Origin: Octopus bimaculoides
Lineage: Eukaryota
Length of the DNA: 36,187 nt
Assembly: GCF_001194135.2 (NCBI RefSeq)
Contig: NC_068983.1
Coordinates: 3,015,133 to 3,051,319, forward strand
Reading direction: 5' to 3'
Shown here: positions 35,610-36,187 of the stretch, one piece after another
How positions within the stretch are numbered: position 1 is the first letter of the stretch
How the letters are laid out: every line of letters begins with the position of its first letter
Notes under the pieces: generated by a model
Told to the model about the DNA's origin: nothing
Databases searched by the model: none
What the model saw: the letters and a program-made list of their open reading frames with translations, nothing else
Translations under genes and position numbers: made by a program

Positions 35610-36187
35610 GCATATATGAGTACAGGACGTCACCAACGGTACAAATAACGTACACATGTGAGAGAGAGATACAAAACGTGGAGAGTCATTACAGGACAAA
35701 AACGAGTGAAATACGTAGACAACTAGAAGAAAATGGAAAACAGGACAAGTTAACACAGAAAAAGGACCCTTCGTCAGTTGTCGGCTGTCAATCTACTCCT
35801 AATTTTGAGCATTCAAATTCGAGTAATATGAGTCTTCAAAGACAGTAGCTCCCATAAATTCTAAAATAAAATTTAGGATTTATGGAGAGTCAAAGTCGGG
35901 AACAAAAAAAATAACAATGGAGACATACAAGGAAACGGAACGAAAACAGACATGGAGGGTTGTTAGACCGGAACGAAAGGAGAATAATTCTTTATTTTTG
36001 TATATTTTCATTTGTTTTGCCCATTCATGTTCTGATGTGCGCAGAATTTCCCTGGAGAACATTCTTTTCTTTGACCGTGGTTTGACCGTTGATGGTCGAT
36101 TTGTACCGTAAAGGATATCCACTTAGTGATCATCCCTTCTCACATGTATGTTATATATATATATATGTGTATATATATATATATATA

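Noticed and set aside
35760-35790. CTGACGA-A-GGGTC on the minus strand (35777-35771)
   Set aside because: There is no matching GACCC-GAAA downstream on that strand, so the hammerhead cannot be completed. The region is probably an unclassified repeat.

Overview
AT-rich, repeat-dense eukaryotic non-coding DNA (intergenic or intronic) with seven N gaps. I infer an octopus-like cephalopod from the recurrent tRNA-headed SINE families and the microsatellite load. I found no intact host protein-coding gene; most ORFs in the track are translations of microsatellites or SINEs. Identifiable content: about 20 SINE copies or fragments in three families (my labels: A, B and C); three restriction-like-endonuclease (RLE) non-LTR remnants (two R4/Dong-like, one inside an (AAT)n array, and one HERO-like); a CR1 3' remnant; Penelope-like (PLE) termini; Buster/Charlie hAT remnants and MITEs; Tigger-like MITEs; a rosa-like mariner remnant; and a nearly full-length decayed DD37D (maT) mariner. 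The most interesting signal is RNA structure. There are three hammerhead-ribozyme-like motifs: a minimal, dimer-type one behind a tRNA-like Pol III head (5229-5527), a second minimal variant (15311-15346), and a strand-rearranged (non-circularly permuted) one at the 3' end of the HERO remnant (31391-31462). Family names rest on motifs I recognise, not on database searches.
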